Assembly (NCBI GenBank): GCA_048938855.1
Contig: JBHLLT010000002.1
Coordinates: 160,001 to 224,000 of the forward strand
DNA: 64,000 nucleotides
DNA from: Promethearchaeota archaeon
Lineage (GTDB): Archaea; Asgardarchaeota; Lokiarchaeia; Sigyniarchaeales; SOKP01
Reading direction: 5' to 3'
Below, piece after piece: positions 1-10,159 of this stretch (positions within the stretch are counted from its first letter, which is position 1; each line of letters begins with the position of its first letter). The position numbers and the translations under genes were made by a program. The notes under the pieces are model-generated. The model was not told where the DNA came from. It saw only the letters and a list, made by a program, of their open reading frames with translations, and made no database searches.

Positions 1-59
1 TTTTGATTATTTGTCTATATTTATCATCTTGAGACATTTTTTAATATCACCTACTTATA

Positions 60-767
60 CTATGCATACATTCCTCCAAAATCTCTACCTTTAGGGCCTA
101 CCAATTTATCTAATAAATCTTGAGGTGTAAACATCCCGTGAATTACTTCCTTTTCATTTATAACAGTCATGGGAACACCTTGAACATTATATTTCATACC
201 AAGATCTGGATTTAGATTAACATCTATTACTTCTGCGGAAATTTTTCCTTTCGAAACTAAAGCGAATAGTGTAAGAACTGGAACAGTAGCAGGGCAATAT
301 GGACATGTTGGAGTAATAAAAATTTTCATCTTCCCCTTTTCTATTTTTTTAAGATGAGTAAGAATTTGATCCGCATAATAAGGTCTTACTCCTGAAAAAT
401 ATTGAATACTATTAAGAAAGGGTACAAATTCAGATCCTGTTGGATATGCCAGATAGCGAATAATTTCTTTGTTTTGATCATCAACAAATAATATTGCCGG
501 AATCTTAGTGATATTAAATTTTCTTGTTTCTTCCTGATTCTCTTCAATTGAGATTTCTTCAATTTCAAGTTTACCTTTTGATAAATTCTCAAGCATTTTT
601 AGTAATTCAAATGTCCCCTCACAAGCCATGCACTTTCTAATTTTTGTGCCGTCCTCTTTGGTTATATAATCAGTATAAAGTTTAATTACCACTTTATCTT
701 TTAATTTTCCCATTTCTCTTTTAATATTATCCATTTCATTTTCAGAAAATAACAAAAAATCACCCAT
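60..767 (-). CDS. Protein disulfide oxidoreductase (two thioredoxin folds, PDO/AhpF-N type)
   Basis: CMAC and CPYC motifs in tandem Trx folds; cis-Pro KIPA/GVP loops. Confidence 0.9.
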   Translation of the reverse strand: MGDFLLFSENEMDNIKREMGKLKDKVVIKLYTDYITKEDGTKIRKCMACEGTFELLKMLENLSKGKLEIEEISIEENQEETRKFNITKIPAILFVDDQNKEIIRYLAYPTGSEFVPFLNSIQYFSGVRPYYADQILTHLKKIEKGKMKIFITPTCPYCPATVPVLTLFALVSKGKISAEVIDVNLNPDLGMKYNVQGVPMTVINEKEVIHGMFTPQDLLDKLVGPKGRDFGGMYA

Positions 768-906
768 TAATTCACTCTATTATGAATATTTGCTTTCATA
801 CTTAAAAGAATTTTTCATTTAAATTATAAAAAAAACTCATTTTAGATTATTTTTGAATAAAATTGAATATAGTGATATTAATAATTCAAAAGGTAAGATA
901 TAATAG

Positions 907-2067
907 CTAAATATTAATTTCCGCAACGTATTTTTTAAAAATAAAATAAAGTATTAATCCTACTAGAAAACCAAGAGCTATGTTAAAAATGAAGCAGATA
1001 ATAGCTGATATCAATATAATTGTAAAGGATTTGAAATTAAAATCTTTGAAAGCTATTTTCCCTAATAAAAAGGCAGTATAAATGAGCATTGCCCCCAAAA
1101 TTGCCACAGGGAAATTCTTAAAAAGGATAAGTAAAGTTTCAGAGAAAAATAAGCCGAGAATTAGTTCCATTATGCCCTCTAATATCATTGAACCGCCAGT
1201 TCTTGCACCAAAAGCGTATTGAGACATTAATCCTCCAGAACCATGGCATAATGGCATTCCTAATATGAAAGGATTAATCAAATTCATAGCTCCCATGTTA
1301 AAAGCTAACGTATTAGCATCAACTCCTTCTTTTTCTGGAAAGAGTTCTTTAATTAATACAACTGTAGCTATCATGACATTCGTTAAAGTCAAGAATAATT
1401 GTGCAATTCCCGCATATAGCATACCCAACAAAAAATTCTCCCAAGTTGGAAACTGGAAAGCTAATATAGGAAGTCCAAATTGTAAATCTGTAAGGTTAAT
1501 CGCGCCTGTAAAAAAAATAATAACTATCCCCCCAATTGTAAGAATAATCGCTGAAGGGATAGGTCGATTCTTTATTAAAATCAAAATTACAATAATAGAA
1601 ATAAATCCGAGCCAAAAATTTTCAGAAAATAATAATATCCCTGTCCAACCTAATATTAATGCTAGACCTAGTTGTATTCCTCTTACTGCAATAATTGGGA
1701 CTTTACTTACAATCTTATTGAGTTTTTTTGTAAAGCCAAGAATAAACCATATTACTCCTGTACCAAACCCAGTTGATATAACCATATTAGGTGTCCAAGG
1801 AGTTGATATAGCTACTGCACCAATAGTTTTTTGTGGTTGAACAGGTAAGGGGAGATTGAATTTTAAACCTAATACAATATTTGTCAACCCTAATGTAAGG
1901 AAGATTCCTGCAGGATTTAAGCCTACGATTGAAATATAACCTATAACAAAAGGAATTAATGTTCCCCAATCTCCAAAAGCTCCTCCGAATTCTCTTAAAG
2001 TGAATTTTCTGTACTTTCTTTCACTTTTCTTTTCACTGCCATCAACACTTAGGTTCAAATTAATCAA
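907..2067 (-). CDS. Putative molybdate/sulfate transporter (MOT1-like)
   Basis: GAFGDWGT, PLPVQPQK and PLCHGSGGL..QYAFGARTG motifs; multi-TM. Confidence 0.85.
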   Translation of the reverse strand: MINLNLSVDGSEKKSERKYRKFTLREFGGAFGDWGTLIPFVIGYISIVGLNPAGIFLTLGLTNIVLGLKFNLPLPVQPQKTIGAVAISTPWTPNMVISTGFGTGVIWFILGFTKKLNKIVSKVPIIAVRGIQLGLALILGWTGILLFSENFWLGFISIIVILILIKNRPIPSAIILTIGGIVIIFFTGAINLTDLQFGLPILAFQFPTWENFLLGMLYAGIAQLFLTLTNVMIATVVLIKELFPEKEGVDANTLAFNMGAMNLINPFILGMPLCHGSGGLMSQYAFGARTGGSMILEGIMELILGLFFSETLLILFKNFPVAILGAMLIYTAFLLGKIAFKDFNFKSFTIILISAIICFIFNIALGFLVGLILYFIFKKYVAEINI

Positions 2068-2276
2068 ATATAAAAAAAGTACTAACTATATTAAACTTCT
2101 TAAAAAATTTTAAAATAACATATTTCATACACCAAATAACACTTGAAAATGTGTATTTTGCCTTTCAACAAATTTAAAAGTATTCAATTTATCATATTTG
2201 CAGATTTAGCTTTAGCTAATAACTCTTAATAACTCGAAGAACAAATATTATATTCTTTTGAATAAGGTGTGTCTCC

Positions 2277-3917
2277 TTGTCCATCGAAAGCAGGTTAAAT
2301 TTTGAAAAAATAATTTCGAGCATTTCCTCCCGATTTGTGGGTAAAGTTAATCTTGATGAAGCTATAAATTTATCTTTTGATGATATGGGAATTTTATCAA
2401 AAGCAGATCGCGTAAGTTTGTTTCTTTTTGATGAAAATAACAAATATTTTACAAATACACATGAATGGTGTGCAGATGGGGTTAATGCCCAAAGAATAAG
2501 TCTTCAAAAAGTGGATATTGGGATAATATCTTGGTGGATTGCACAAGTCGAGAAAAAGAGTTTTGTCAATATCCGAGATATATCAGAATTGCCGGAGAGA
2601 GCTCAAGCAGTAAAGAAATTTATGGAGATACAAAAAATCCAATCATTTTTAGCCTTTCCAATCTATATCAGCGGTACAATAAATGGATTTGTCTGTCTTA
2701 GTAAAATTAATGAAAAAATCCAATGGAAAGGCAAAGATTTCGTAATCTTGAGAATATTTGGTCAAACTTTAGGTGATACTATAGAACGATTAAATGCAGA
2801 AAAAGCCTTAAAAGGAAGTCAAGAGTTATTACGTGCTACATTCGAAGCTACCGCTGATGGCATTATTGCTATTGATAATAATGGTGTTATTAAACAATTG
2901 AATGAAAGATTTGTTTATATGTGGCGTATACCTAAGGAATTTGTTGCTCAAAAAGATTTTAATGAAGTATTAAATTATATGTTAAAAGAATTAAGAAATC
3001 CAGATGCTTTCTTATTAAAGCTAACAAATCTTGAAAAAACGTCCAAAGACGCTTATGATATGATCTTTTTTAATGATGGACGTATCTTTGAACAATATTC
3101 TTGCCCTTTAGTTCAAGATGAGAAAAAAGTTGGGCGTGTGTGGAGTTTTAAAGACATAACTGAACATCAACATGCAGAACAAGAATTGAGAAAATCTGAA
3201 AAATTATATCGAGAAGCATACGAAAGAGCAGAGCTTTTCAAAGATATTTTTACTCATGATATTAACAATATTTTCCATAATATTAAATCTTCAGCAGAAT
3301 TGATATCAATGTTAAAAGCGAAATCAGGAAATTTAGATAACTTGGATGAATTTTTCCAAATAATAAACAATCAAATTGATAGAGGTATTAAACTAATAAA
3401 CAACGTGCAAAAATTATCAAAACTCGATGAATCAGATATAAAATTAAGAGATGTGTGCGTTTCAGAAGTATTAGAAGAAGCAATTCAATTTGCCTATAAA
3501 AGTGCTCAAGATAAAGAAATAGACATTCAAATTTATAATAAAAATCCTGATACTTTAGTGATCGCAAATGAATTTCTCTTAGACGTGTTTGAAAACATTT
3601 TACATAACGCTATAAAATATAATCAAAATCAGCCAATTAAAATTGAAATAAGGATTTATAGAACCGAAAATAACAGAAAATCTAATATTTTAATAGAATT
3701 TAAGGACAATGGTATAGGAATTACTGATAAAAGTAAAGAAGTTATATTTCAAAAAGGATACAAGAAAGAAAATCATGTGAGAGGAATGGGAATTGGTCTC
3801 TCTCTTGTGAAAAAGATTATTGAAAGCTATAATGGTAAAATTTGGGTTGAAAATCGCATAAAAAATGATTATAATCAAGGCAGTAATTTTATCCTAGAAA
3901 TTCCAGAAGCAATTTAA
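2277..3917 (+). CDS. GAF-PAS sensor histidine kinase
   Basis: GAF (THEWCA), PAS, H-box FTHDINN, N-box ENILHNAIKY, DNGIGI, GMGIGL. Confidence 0.93.
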   Translation: MSIESRLNFEKIISSISSRFVGKVNLDEAINLSFDDMGILSKADRVSLFLFDENNKYFTNTHEWCADGVNAQRISLQKVDIGIISWWIAQVEKKSFVNIRDISELPERAQAVKKFMEIQKIQSFLAFPIYISGTINGFVCLSKINEKIQWKGKDFVILRIFGQTLGDTIERLNAEKALKGSQELLRATFEATADGIIAIDNNGVIKQLNERFVYMWRIPKEFVAQKDFNEVLNYMLKELRNPDAFLLKLTNLEKTSKDAYDMIFFNDGRIFEQYSCPLVQDEKKVGRVWSFKDITEHQHAEQELRKSEKLYREAYERAELFKDIFTHDINNIFHNIKSSAELISMLKAKSGNLDNLDEFFQIINNQIDRGIKLINNVQKLSKLDESDIKLRDVCVSEVLEEAIQFAYKSAQDKEIDIQIYNKNPDTLVIANEFLLDVFENILHNAIKYNQNQPIKIEIRIYRTENNRKSNILIEFKDNGIGITDKSKEVIFQKGYKKENHVRGMGIGLSLVKKIIESYNGKIWVENRIKNDYNQGSNFILEIPEAI

Positions 3918-3962
3918 GAATAATTTTCTTTTAAAATCCTTAAAAAGTTTTTTTAAATGATA

Positions 3963-4952
3963 TTAAAGTAATAATTCAAATAGATCTATAGCTTTTGGAT
4001 GAATTTTACATTGTTTACTAAAACGACGAAGAATCCACCAACAAGAAGGGCAATATGTAGTGACGTAATCAAGATCTTCTCGATCAAAATCAGACATTCT
4101 CTTACGAGCGATTTTTTCTATTACATCTGTCCGTCCCATCCATCCAGATCCACCACCACAGCACCAATGAGGAATATCTATAACATCATAACCAACAGAA
4201 TTAAGAGTATTATTAATATTTTCCTCTACATCCTCTCTACCTCTATTTGTTAATTGACATAAGTGTTGCACTCCCACTCTTCCTTTTCTCATGATATCAG
4301 AAGGTTTAATGTAATCAGCAATATACTTTACTTCGGCATTCAAACCATCCATTTCATTTTTAAAGAGATAATAACATGCAGGACACAAGCAAATGATCTC
4401 TTTGAATTTTCTACTATTAAAAATCTTTCTATTTTCTTCTACGCAAACTTTATACTCCTTATCTAATCCACTAATTTTGAGATGCCATCCACAACAAATT
4501 TCCTTCTCTAAAATAGTAAAATCAATTCCTTGTCGTAATAGATATTGAAGAGCATGATTCGTATATTGAGGGATTCTTATCGTTGAAAGACATCCCATAA
4601 AAAAAAGAGTATCAGATTCACTCGGAATTTCTTTTATTCGCTTAATACGCATGGTATTGGAAGGATATGGTGATTTAAATTTCTCAAAATTTTCACACAT
4701 CTCATTAATTCCTTCAAAACTATTTCCATCATTAATATATTTCTGTTTCAAAGAAATTCGTTCAAATTCGGTCTCACATTCTCCACAGTGAACACAGTTA
4801 TAGAGTTTATTATAATCATCTAAACTAAACTCAATATCGTCTTTAGTGCTAAGAAGTTCTTTAACGGTCTCATCACTTAGAAAGTTATTATGGTCGACCT
4901 CATCTGTAGGATAATTCTTTCTTCCTTTTATTCTTTCTTTTATAGGAATCAC
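3963..4952 (-). CDS. CCG-domain (Fe-S) protein, HdrD/GlpC-like
   Basis: CVHCGEC, ICCG..CPAC, WCCG..CPSC; true start may be the downstream ATA because the GTG lies inside the GAGGTGA SD. Confidence 0.85.
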   Translation of the reverse strand: MIPIKERIKGRKNYPTDEVDHNNFLSDETVKELLSTKDDIEFSLDDYNKLYNCVHCGECETEFERISLKQKYINDGNSFEGINEMCENFEKFKSPYPSNTMRIKRIKEIPSESDTLFFMGCLSTIRIPQYTNHALQYLLRQGIDFTILEKEICCGWHLKISGLDKEYKVCVEENRKIFNSRKFKEIICLCPACYYLFKNEMDGLNAEVKYIADYIKPSDIMRKGRVGVQHLCQLTNRGREDVEENINNTLNSVGYDVIDIPHWCCGGGSGWMGRTDVIEKIARKRMSDFDREDLDYVTTYCPSCWWILRRFSKQCKIHPKAIDLFELLL

Positions 4953-5108
4953 CTCAAAATACCAAATTTTATCTTTTAATTAAATATTTACATTTAAAAA
5001 AATAAGATTTTATAAAGATAATTGAATTCAATAGAGATATGATATTTTCATTCAAAGTATATTTTCTTAAATATTAATTCATGATTACAATCTTTATATT
5101 GAGAAAAA

Positions 5109-6215
5109 ATGATTGAAGATTTATTGATAATTAATGAAGCTGGCGCACTTCTATTTAATTGGCACCCTGAAGGATATAGAGATGAGGGAAACGATGATTT
5201 ACTCAGTGGATTTTTGACCGCAATGAACAGCTTTGCAACTGTAGAAAGAGGTGAAGATATAAAATCGCTAAAAATGAAGGAAACTCAAATTATTTTTGAA
5301 AAATATGAAGAACTACATCAAAAACTAACATTTGTAATAACAACAAAAAATGAAGAATTAATTGAATTACTTCATGCTATTATTCACGATATTATGAATA
5401 AATTTACAGAACTTTATTTCGATGATTTAAACAAAGAATTTAATGGGATGATATCACAATTCCAAACATTTAATGAACATGTAGAAGCTATAATTAAGTC
5501 ACATGGCTTAGATGTGCTAGATGACGCTATTAAAACTATTGATGAAATTACAACATTAAAAGGTGTTATATTTCTTGAACCAAAAGGAGGTAACATCTAT
5601 TATATTCATGCTAAGCAATATGTAAATAAAGAAAAAATTAGCTTCCTTATTCCACTGATAATGAATTCTGCAAAATTGCTTTATCAAAATAATCTTAATG
5701 AAAAATTATACTGGATATTGCTTAATACTGTCAAAAATGAAAATTTAATAGTAGAACCTCGAAATAAAATTCTTATAGTAAAGCAATATCAGTTGCAGGA
5801 AAATATTGAAAAAGAATATCTTCAATTGAAGTTTTTTAAGGAAAAAGATAAGTATATTAAAAGACCTCGAAAATTGATTGAACAATTTGATAAAATAGTT
5901 TGGAATCCAAAAATAAAGCAGATATATTTAGTTGATCTAGTCGGTAAAATAGTTTATTCTAAAATTTTAGATGAATCTTATGATTGTTCAGAGTATATTC
6001 CAGAAACTATAAGCTTTTTAACATCTTCCAAAAAAGCCAGCGAAGAAATTTATAATAGAATTCTTTTTAATGCCAGTATTGGTGGAGAAAAATTAACAAC
6101 AATTTGTATGAATTTCAATAATTTTGCTTTAACTTTAATTGGTAAAATTCATGATTTTACGGATTATAAAGTAATTCAGAAGACTTGTATAGATATTTAT
6201 AAACAATTAATATGA
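5109..6215 (+). CDS. Longin/roadblock multi-domain protein (eukaryotic signature-like)
   Basis: N-terminal longin pattern (LLIINEAGALLF..LLSGFLTAMNSFA) and two further beta-hairpin starts (GVIFLEPKGG, IYLVDLVGKIVY). Confidence 0.6.
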   Translation: MIEDLLIINEAGALLFNWHPEGYRDEGNDDLLSGFLTAMNSFATVERGEDIKSLKMKETQIIFEKYEELHQKLTFVITTKNEELIELLHAIIHDIMNKFTELYFDDLNKEFNGMISQFQTFNEHVEAIIKSHGLDVLDDAIKTIDEITTLKGVIFLEPKGGNIYYIHAKQYVNKEKISFLIPLIMNSAKLLYQNNLNEKLYWILLNTVKNENLIVEPRNKILIVKQYQLQENIEKEYLQLKFFKEKDKYIKRPRKLIEQFDKIVWNPKIKQIYLVDLVGKIVYSKILDESYDCSEYIPETISFLTSSKKASEEIYNRILFNASIGGEKLTTICMNFNNFALTLIGKIHDFTDYKVIQKTCIDIYKQLI

Positions 6216-6343
6216 TTTAATTCATATACAATTAAATTCAATGTAAATTATATATGAAAAATTCATATTTAGGATTAACATATTGTGAAATTATATTGAT
6301 TCCAAATTCAATCAAAATAAGAAAAAAATGTGAGAATATTTAA

Positions 6344-7399
6344 ATGGCTGCTATGGAAATATGGATTGAACTAATGATATTACAAACAATAATAGGATAT
6401 TGCTTTGTTTTGGCAAATGATTTCATTGGAATATATAATATAAGAGATTTAAACTTAATGAAAGGAGATTTTGTAATAGTTAAATATCATAAGAGGTTTG
6501 GATGGACTGAAATTACAATTTTCTACGCTTTATTTGCCCAGTGCATGTATATGCTTGCTCAACATATTATCGCTGCTGATCCATTATTATTAATTCCCTC
6601 TGGTGTTTGGTCGCATACCTGGATCGGTGGTTTAATCGGTACTATTCTAGTAAGTTTTAAATTTATTGTTGCTAGATTTAAAAAAAACAGTATATATTTA
6701 TATGGTAAATATATAGGTCCTATTGGATTTCTAGGATGGAGTTTAGCCCATTGGACAAATCTTTATAACTTTTATTTTGTTACATTACCCGCATGGCAAC
6801 TTTCAGGGTATTCAACTATAATAGCACCTGCTTCCTTTATATGGGCAGCTATTATTCCATTTATAGGTGGTGCTGGATTATTTCTTTTAGTTCTCTTCAA
6901 AAGAGGAAGAACTTTAAAAGAAAAAACTCGCTTTGCTTTTAATCAGATTGCATTTTTACTTCATGGAGTTACTTTTGGTTATGAAAAATCAGCTAAAGAG
7001 CTACTTGGAACACCAACTCTATTCAAATATGTTGTACCGAGAACTTATGAGTTTATTGAGAAGATGATGACAATGTCAGGACTAAACATGAAAAAGCTAG
7101 AAAAATTAAGCCTTTCAGATGCTTTAAATGAATTCATAAAAATGGCAGAGAAAATTGGTATGGCAGAAAAAGTTAAAATAAAGTGGGTGTCTGAAAAATC
7201 ATTTACAATTGAATCAGTAAATTGTTCTACAGCTCCGGTGAGAAGTGTTATGACAAAGGAAGAATTAACAAATGCTATTTGTCCATGGGCGATTTTTGCT
7301 GCCTCTATTGCAAATAAAATAACTGGAAAAGAATTAAGAATGGAACCTTCAGACTTTAATGAAATTGGAGCTTTTACAAAATTAACATTAGTAGATTGA
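6344..7399 (+). CDS. Membrane protein with C-terminal V4R/methanogen-output-like domain
   Basis: About 5 TM helices with His residues; C-terminal SVNC..ICPW V4R-like motif. Confidence 0.6.
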   Translation: MAAMEIWIELMILQTIIGYCFVLANDFIGIYNIRDLNLMKGDFVIVKYHKRFGWTEITIFYALFAQCMYMLAQHIIAADPLLLIPSGVWSHTWIGGLIGTILVSFKFIVARFKKNSIYLYGKYIGPIGFLGWSLAHWTNLYNFYFVTLPAWQLSGYSTIIAPASFIWAAIIPFIGGAGLFLLVLFKRGRTLKEKTRFAFNQIAFLLHGVTFGYEKSAKELLGTPTLFKYVVPRTYEFIEKMMTMSGLNMKKLEKLSLSDALNEFIKMAEKIGMAEKVKIKWVSEKSFTIESVNCSTAPVRSVMTKEELTNAICPWAIFAASIANKITGKELRMEPSDFNEIGAFTKLTLVD

Positions 7400-7435
7400 G
7401 TATAATATACCCAACAATAATAAAAAAAAATTATT

Positions 7436-7591
7436 TTAATCTTTTTTTAATTTTACATCAGTTCGCTGAATTCCTACTTCTTTATTGCTTGGTAAAGGAG
7501 ATCCACAGTGGTCTCTTAACCTTTCACTTTCTTTAAATGCTTTATCAAGTTCGTCTTCTAAATCATCATCTGTAATTTCTTTATCTGGCAT
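7436..7591 (-). CDS. Small acidic hypothetical protein, 51 aa (MPDKEITDDDLEDELDKAF...)
   Basis: Read manually, ATG to TAA; below the ORF track cutoff; helical acidic composition. Confidence 0.55.
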   Translation of the reverse strand: MPDKEITDDDLEDELDKAFKESERLRDHCGSPLPSNKEVGIQRTDVKLKKD

Positions 7592-7710
7592 AATAAATAA
7601 AGAGAATCTGTACTATTTAAGGGTTTTAATTATAAAAAATTGACGATAGAAATCAAATCTTTCTATAAAAAATAAGAAAATTCAAATAAATATTAAAAAT
7701 ATTAAAAAAA

Positions 7711-8076
7711 TTACTGATTAAAATATTCAGAAACTGCCTTCTCCTTTTCAATAGGTCTCCTTTCAGGAACAACTATGTAATCTTTCCTTATCGTTTGATA
7801 AAAATTTTCACGCATATATAAATTGCAATAACAAGCACCAAATTCTTTTACATCAAGAGGAGCATAATCACATGGACATATTAAATCCCTGTCTAATTCT
7901 CTGTTTCCCGAAGCTAGACGACATGGACAAGATTGGTAACCTAATCTTATCTTATTATCCAATAATCCATCAATCAAATCGTTGAAGGTATTACTATCCA
8001 TATTTAATATCCAATTGTTTTTCTCACTTACCTGTTCAACATATTTAGTCATACCTTCCTTCGTTTCCATATCCAC
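7711..8076 (-). CDS. Ferredoxin:thioredoxin/disulfide reductase catalytic subunit
   Basis: CPC..CPC..CYC motifs. Confidence 0.92.
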   Translation of the reverse strand: MDMETKEGMTKYVEQVSEKNNWILNMDSNTFNDLIDGLLDNKIRLGYQSCPCRLASGNRELDRDLICPCDYAPLDVKEFGACYCNLYMRENFYQTIRKDYIVVPERRPIEKEKAVSEYFNQ

Positions 8077-8077
8077 T

Positions 8078-8389
8078 CTAACTACCTCCAGATTTCATTA
8101 ATTCCTCATATTTTCCGGGATTGTATCCAACAACGAAATCATCATCACAAATCATAAATGGATAGGAAATTCTAGATTGATACTTTTCTCGTAAATATGA
8201 TAAAATTTTGGATTTATCTTCAAATTCAATTTTATCTACATCCACATATTTGTATTGAACATTACGGTCATTTAGCCAAGCTTTACATTTTTTACACCAC
8301 ATACATGTAGATAAGGTTAGAAGGGTAATATCTCTACTGTTATTTGATCCTTCAACTGTTTGGGCTAAATTATTAATAATTTCAGACAT
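8078..8389 (-). CDS. Glutaredoxin/NrdH-like protein
   Basis: CMWC active site, SYP cis-Pro, VVGY; 1 bp from the FTR gene. Confidence 0.88.
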   Translation of the reverse strand: MSEIINNLAQTVEGSNNSRDITLLTLSTCMWCKKCKAWLNDRNVQYKYVDVDKIEFEDKSKILSYLREKYQSRISYPFMICDDDFVVGYNPGKYEELMKSGGS

Positions 8390-8427
8390 AATATAATTTA
8401 AACCTAATTTTTAATTAATTTATCGAT

Positions 8428-8877
8428 TTATAGTGTTTTAACATTCATTTTCCAATTAGGATCAATACACTCAAAAGCCTCTTCTGTGAGCTTTCTAATA
8501 TCATTATGACAGGAATCTAATAAGATACCTAAATGCTCAAGTGCTCTTTTGTCTCCTATTTTCATTAGGCTCTCTATAATAATAAATAATCTATTTTTAT
8601 CTTGTTCTTCTTCTGGTTTCTTTAACTGTTCTTTTAAGAAATCAATAATGAGCATTGTTGCTTTTGGGTCTTTAATTTCACCCATTGCTTCAATAATTCG
8701 ATTAATAACCACAGTATCCTTTTCAGATTTTAACGCTCTCGCTAAAATATTTGTTGCTCTTCCCTCTTTCATTTGTCCTATACTTTGTGCTGCTATAGCT
8801 CTATCTTTCCAATTCGCGCTACTAAGTAAAACTTTAACATGCTTATTATATTCTTCATTTTGTGTTTTATGATCCAT
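8428..8877 (-). CDS. HEAT-repeat protein
   Basis: Repeated R..AA.SIG / IEAMGEIKDP / LMKIGDKRA units. Confidence 0.85.
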   Translation of the reverse strand: MDHKTQNEEYNKHVKVLLSSANWKDRAIAAQSIGQMKEGRATNILARALKSEKDTVVINRIIEAMGEIKDPKATMLIIDFLKEQLKKPEEEQDKNRLFIIIESLMKIGDKRALEHLGILLDSCHNDIRKLTEEAFECIDPNWKMNVKTL

Positions 8878-9147
8878 CTTAAGAATAGAATAAGCATAAG
8901 AAATAAGAATCTGATCATAATAATTTATTAAAAATTGAAAAAAAATAGATTAAATGAAAAGTAAAAATTGGTTTTTCTTTTTGTTTTTAATAATTTATTT
9001 AGGAAGATTTTATGAGTGAAATATAAGTATTTATGATTTGTTATATTAAATCACCTTTTTAGATATAAAAAATTTATAACTTAGAAGCTAAACTTTTTTT
9101 ATTATTCTCGTTTATCTCTAGAAATAAAAAAAAAGAAATGATTAAAT

Positions 9148-9444
9148 ATGGCTGAATCAAAGACCCCAATAGTGATAAGTAAGGAAGACTGCCACAGGTG
9201 TGCGGAATTAAAGGAATGGTTAAAGGAGAATGACGTTAGATACATTGAACGAGATATAAATGATGAGGAATTTGTCCATGAATTACTTCATGACGGTAAT
9301 TTTTTAAAGACGTTTTGTGATGCTGATGGATGTATTGTGAATACTCCAGTAGTAATTCATAAAGGAAAATACTGGTTTAAAGAACTCTGGGGTATTTCTG
9401 GTCTCAGAGAGAATGAAGCAAAAAAATTATTTGGAGTTAAATAG
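9148..9444 (+). CDS. Glutaredoxin-like protein
   Basis: CHRC motif, NTPV cis-Pro, extra CDADGC. Confidence 0.75.
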   Translation: MAESKTPIVISKEDCHRCAELKEWLKENDVRYIERDINDEEFVHELLHDGNFLKTFCDADGCIVNTPVVIHKGKYWFKELWGISGLRENEAKKLFGVK

Positions 9445-9473
9445 ACATATTTTTAATCTTTTAATTTAGGTAT

Positions 9474-10073
9474 TTATTTTTTAAATTCTACTAATCTTTT
9501 TATAACTTTTCGGACGGTTCTTAACCCTTCTTCGTCTTGTTCAACACCTTTTTTACCTAAATCTTTACTCCACAAACTAGCACCTAGATTCGCGCCAAAA
9601 GCCCCACCAGATACTGATATGATATGGTTTTGCTGATAAAAATCTAGAATACTTCTAATCGCAATCTCTTGTCCTCCATTTCTATCTCCTCCAACTGCCA
9701 ATACTGCTCCAATTTTATCTTTAAACACATTAGGATTCTTTGCAACCAATGCACGGCACCGATCCAATACCGTTTTTAATTGACCTGATAAATTGCCTTG
9801 AAAAACTGGAGTACCAAATAAGTAAAATTTAGCATTTTCCAATTTAGAATAAAGTTCTACCATATCATCCTTATGGATACATCCCTTTTTCTCTCGAATA
9901 CAATAATCATCATGAATACAGAATTTAATTTCTTTCTTTCTAACACTCCAATATTCAGTTTCAAACCCAAACTTTTCAGCAGCATAATTTAAAGCATACT
10001 GAACTGCATATTCCGTTCCTTGTCTTCTTGGGCTTCCAGAAATTCCAAGTAAAAGATTCTCAATTTCTACCAT
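9474..10073 (-). CDS. Iron-sulfur flavoprotein (Isf)/flavodoxin family
   Basis: GISGSPR, CIHDDYC-x6-C, TPVF, GGDRNGGQE. Confidence 0.88.
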   Translation of the reverse strand: MVEIENLLLGISGSPRRQGTEYAVQYALNYAAEKFGFETEYWSVRKKEIKFCIHDDYCIREKKGCIHKDDMVELYSKLENAKFYLFGTPVFQGNLSGQLKTVLDRCRALVAKNPNVFKDKIGAVLAVGGDRNGGQEIAIRSILDFYQQNHIISVSGGAFGANLGASLWSKDLGKKGVEQDEEGLRTVRKVIKRLVEFKK

Positions 10074-10159
10074 AATAATACTTTTAACTTGTTTTTATTA
10101 ATAATTAATCATTATTGTATAAAATAAAGTTTTAAAATCTAAAAAACTAGTATTTCAAA

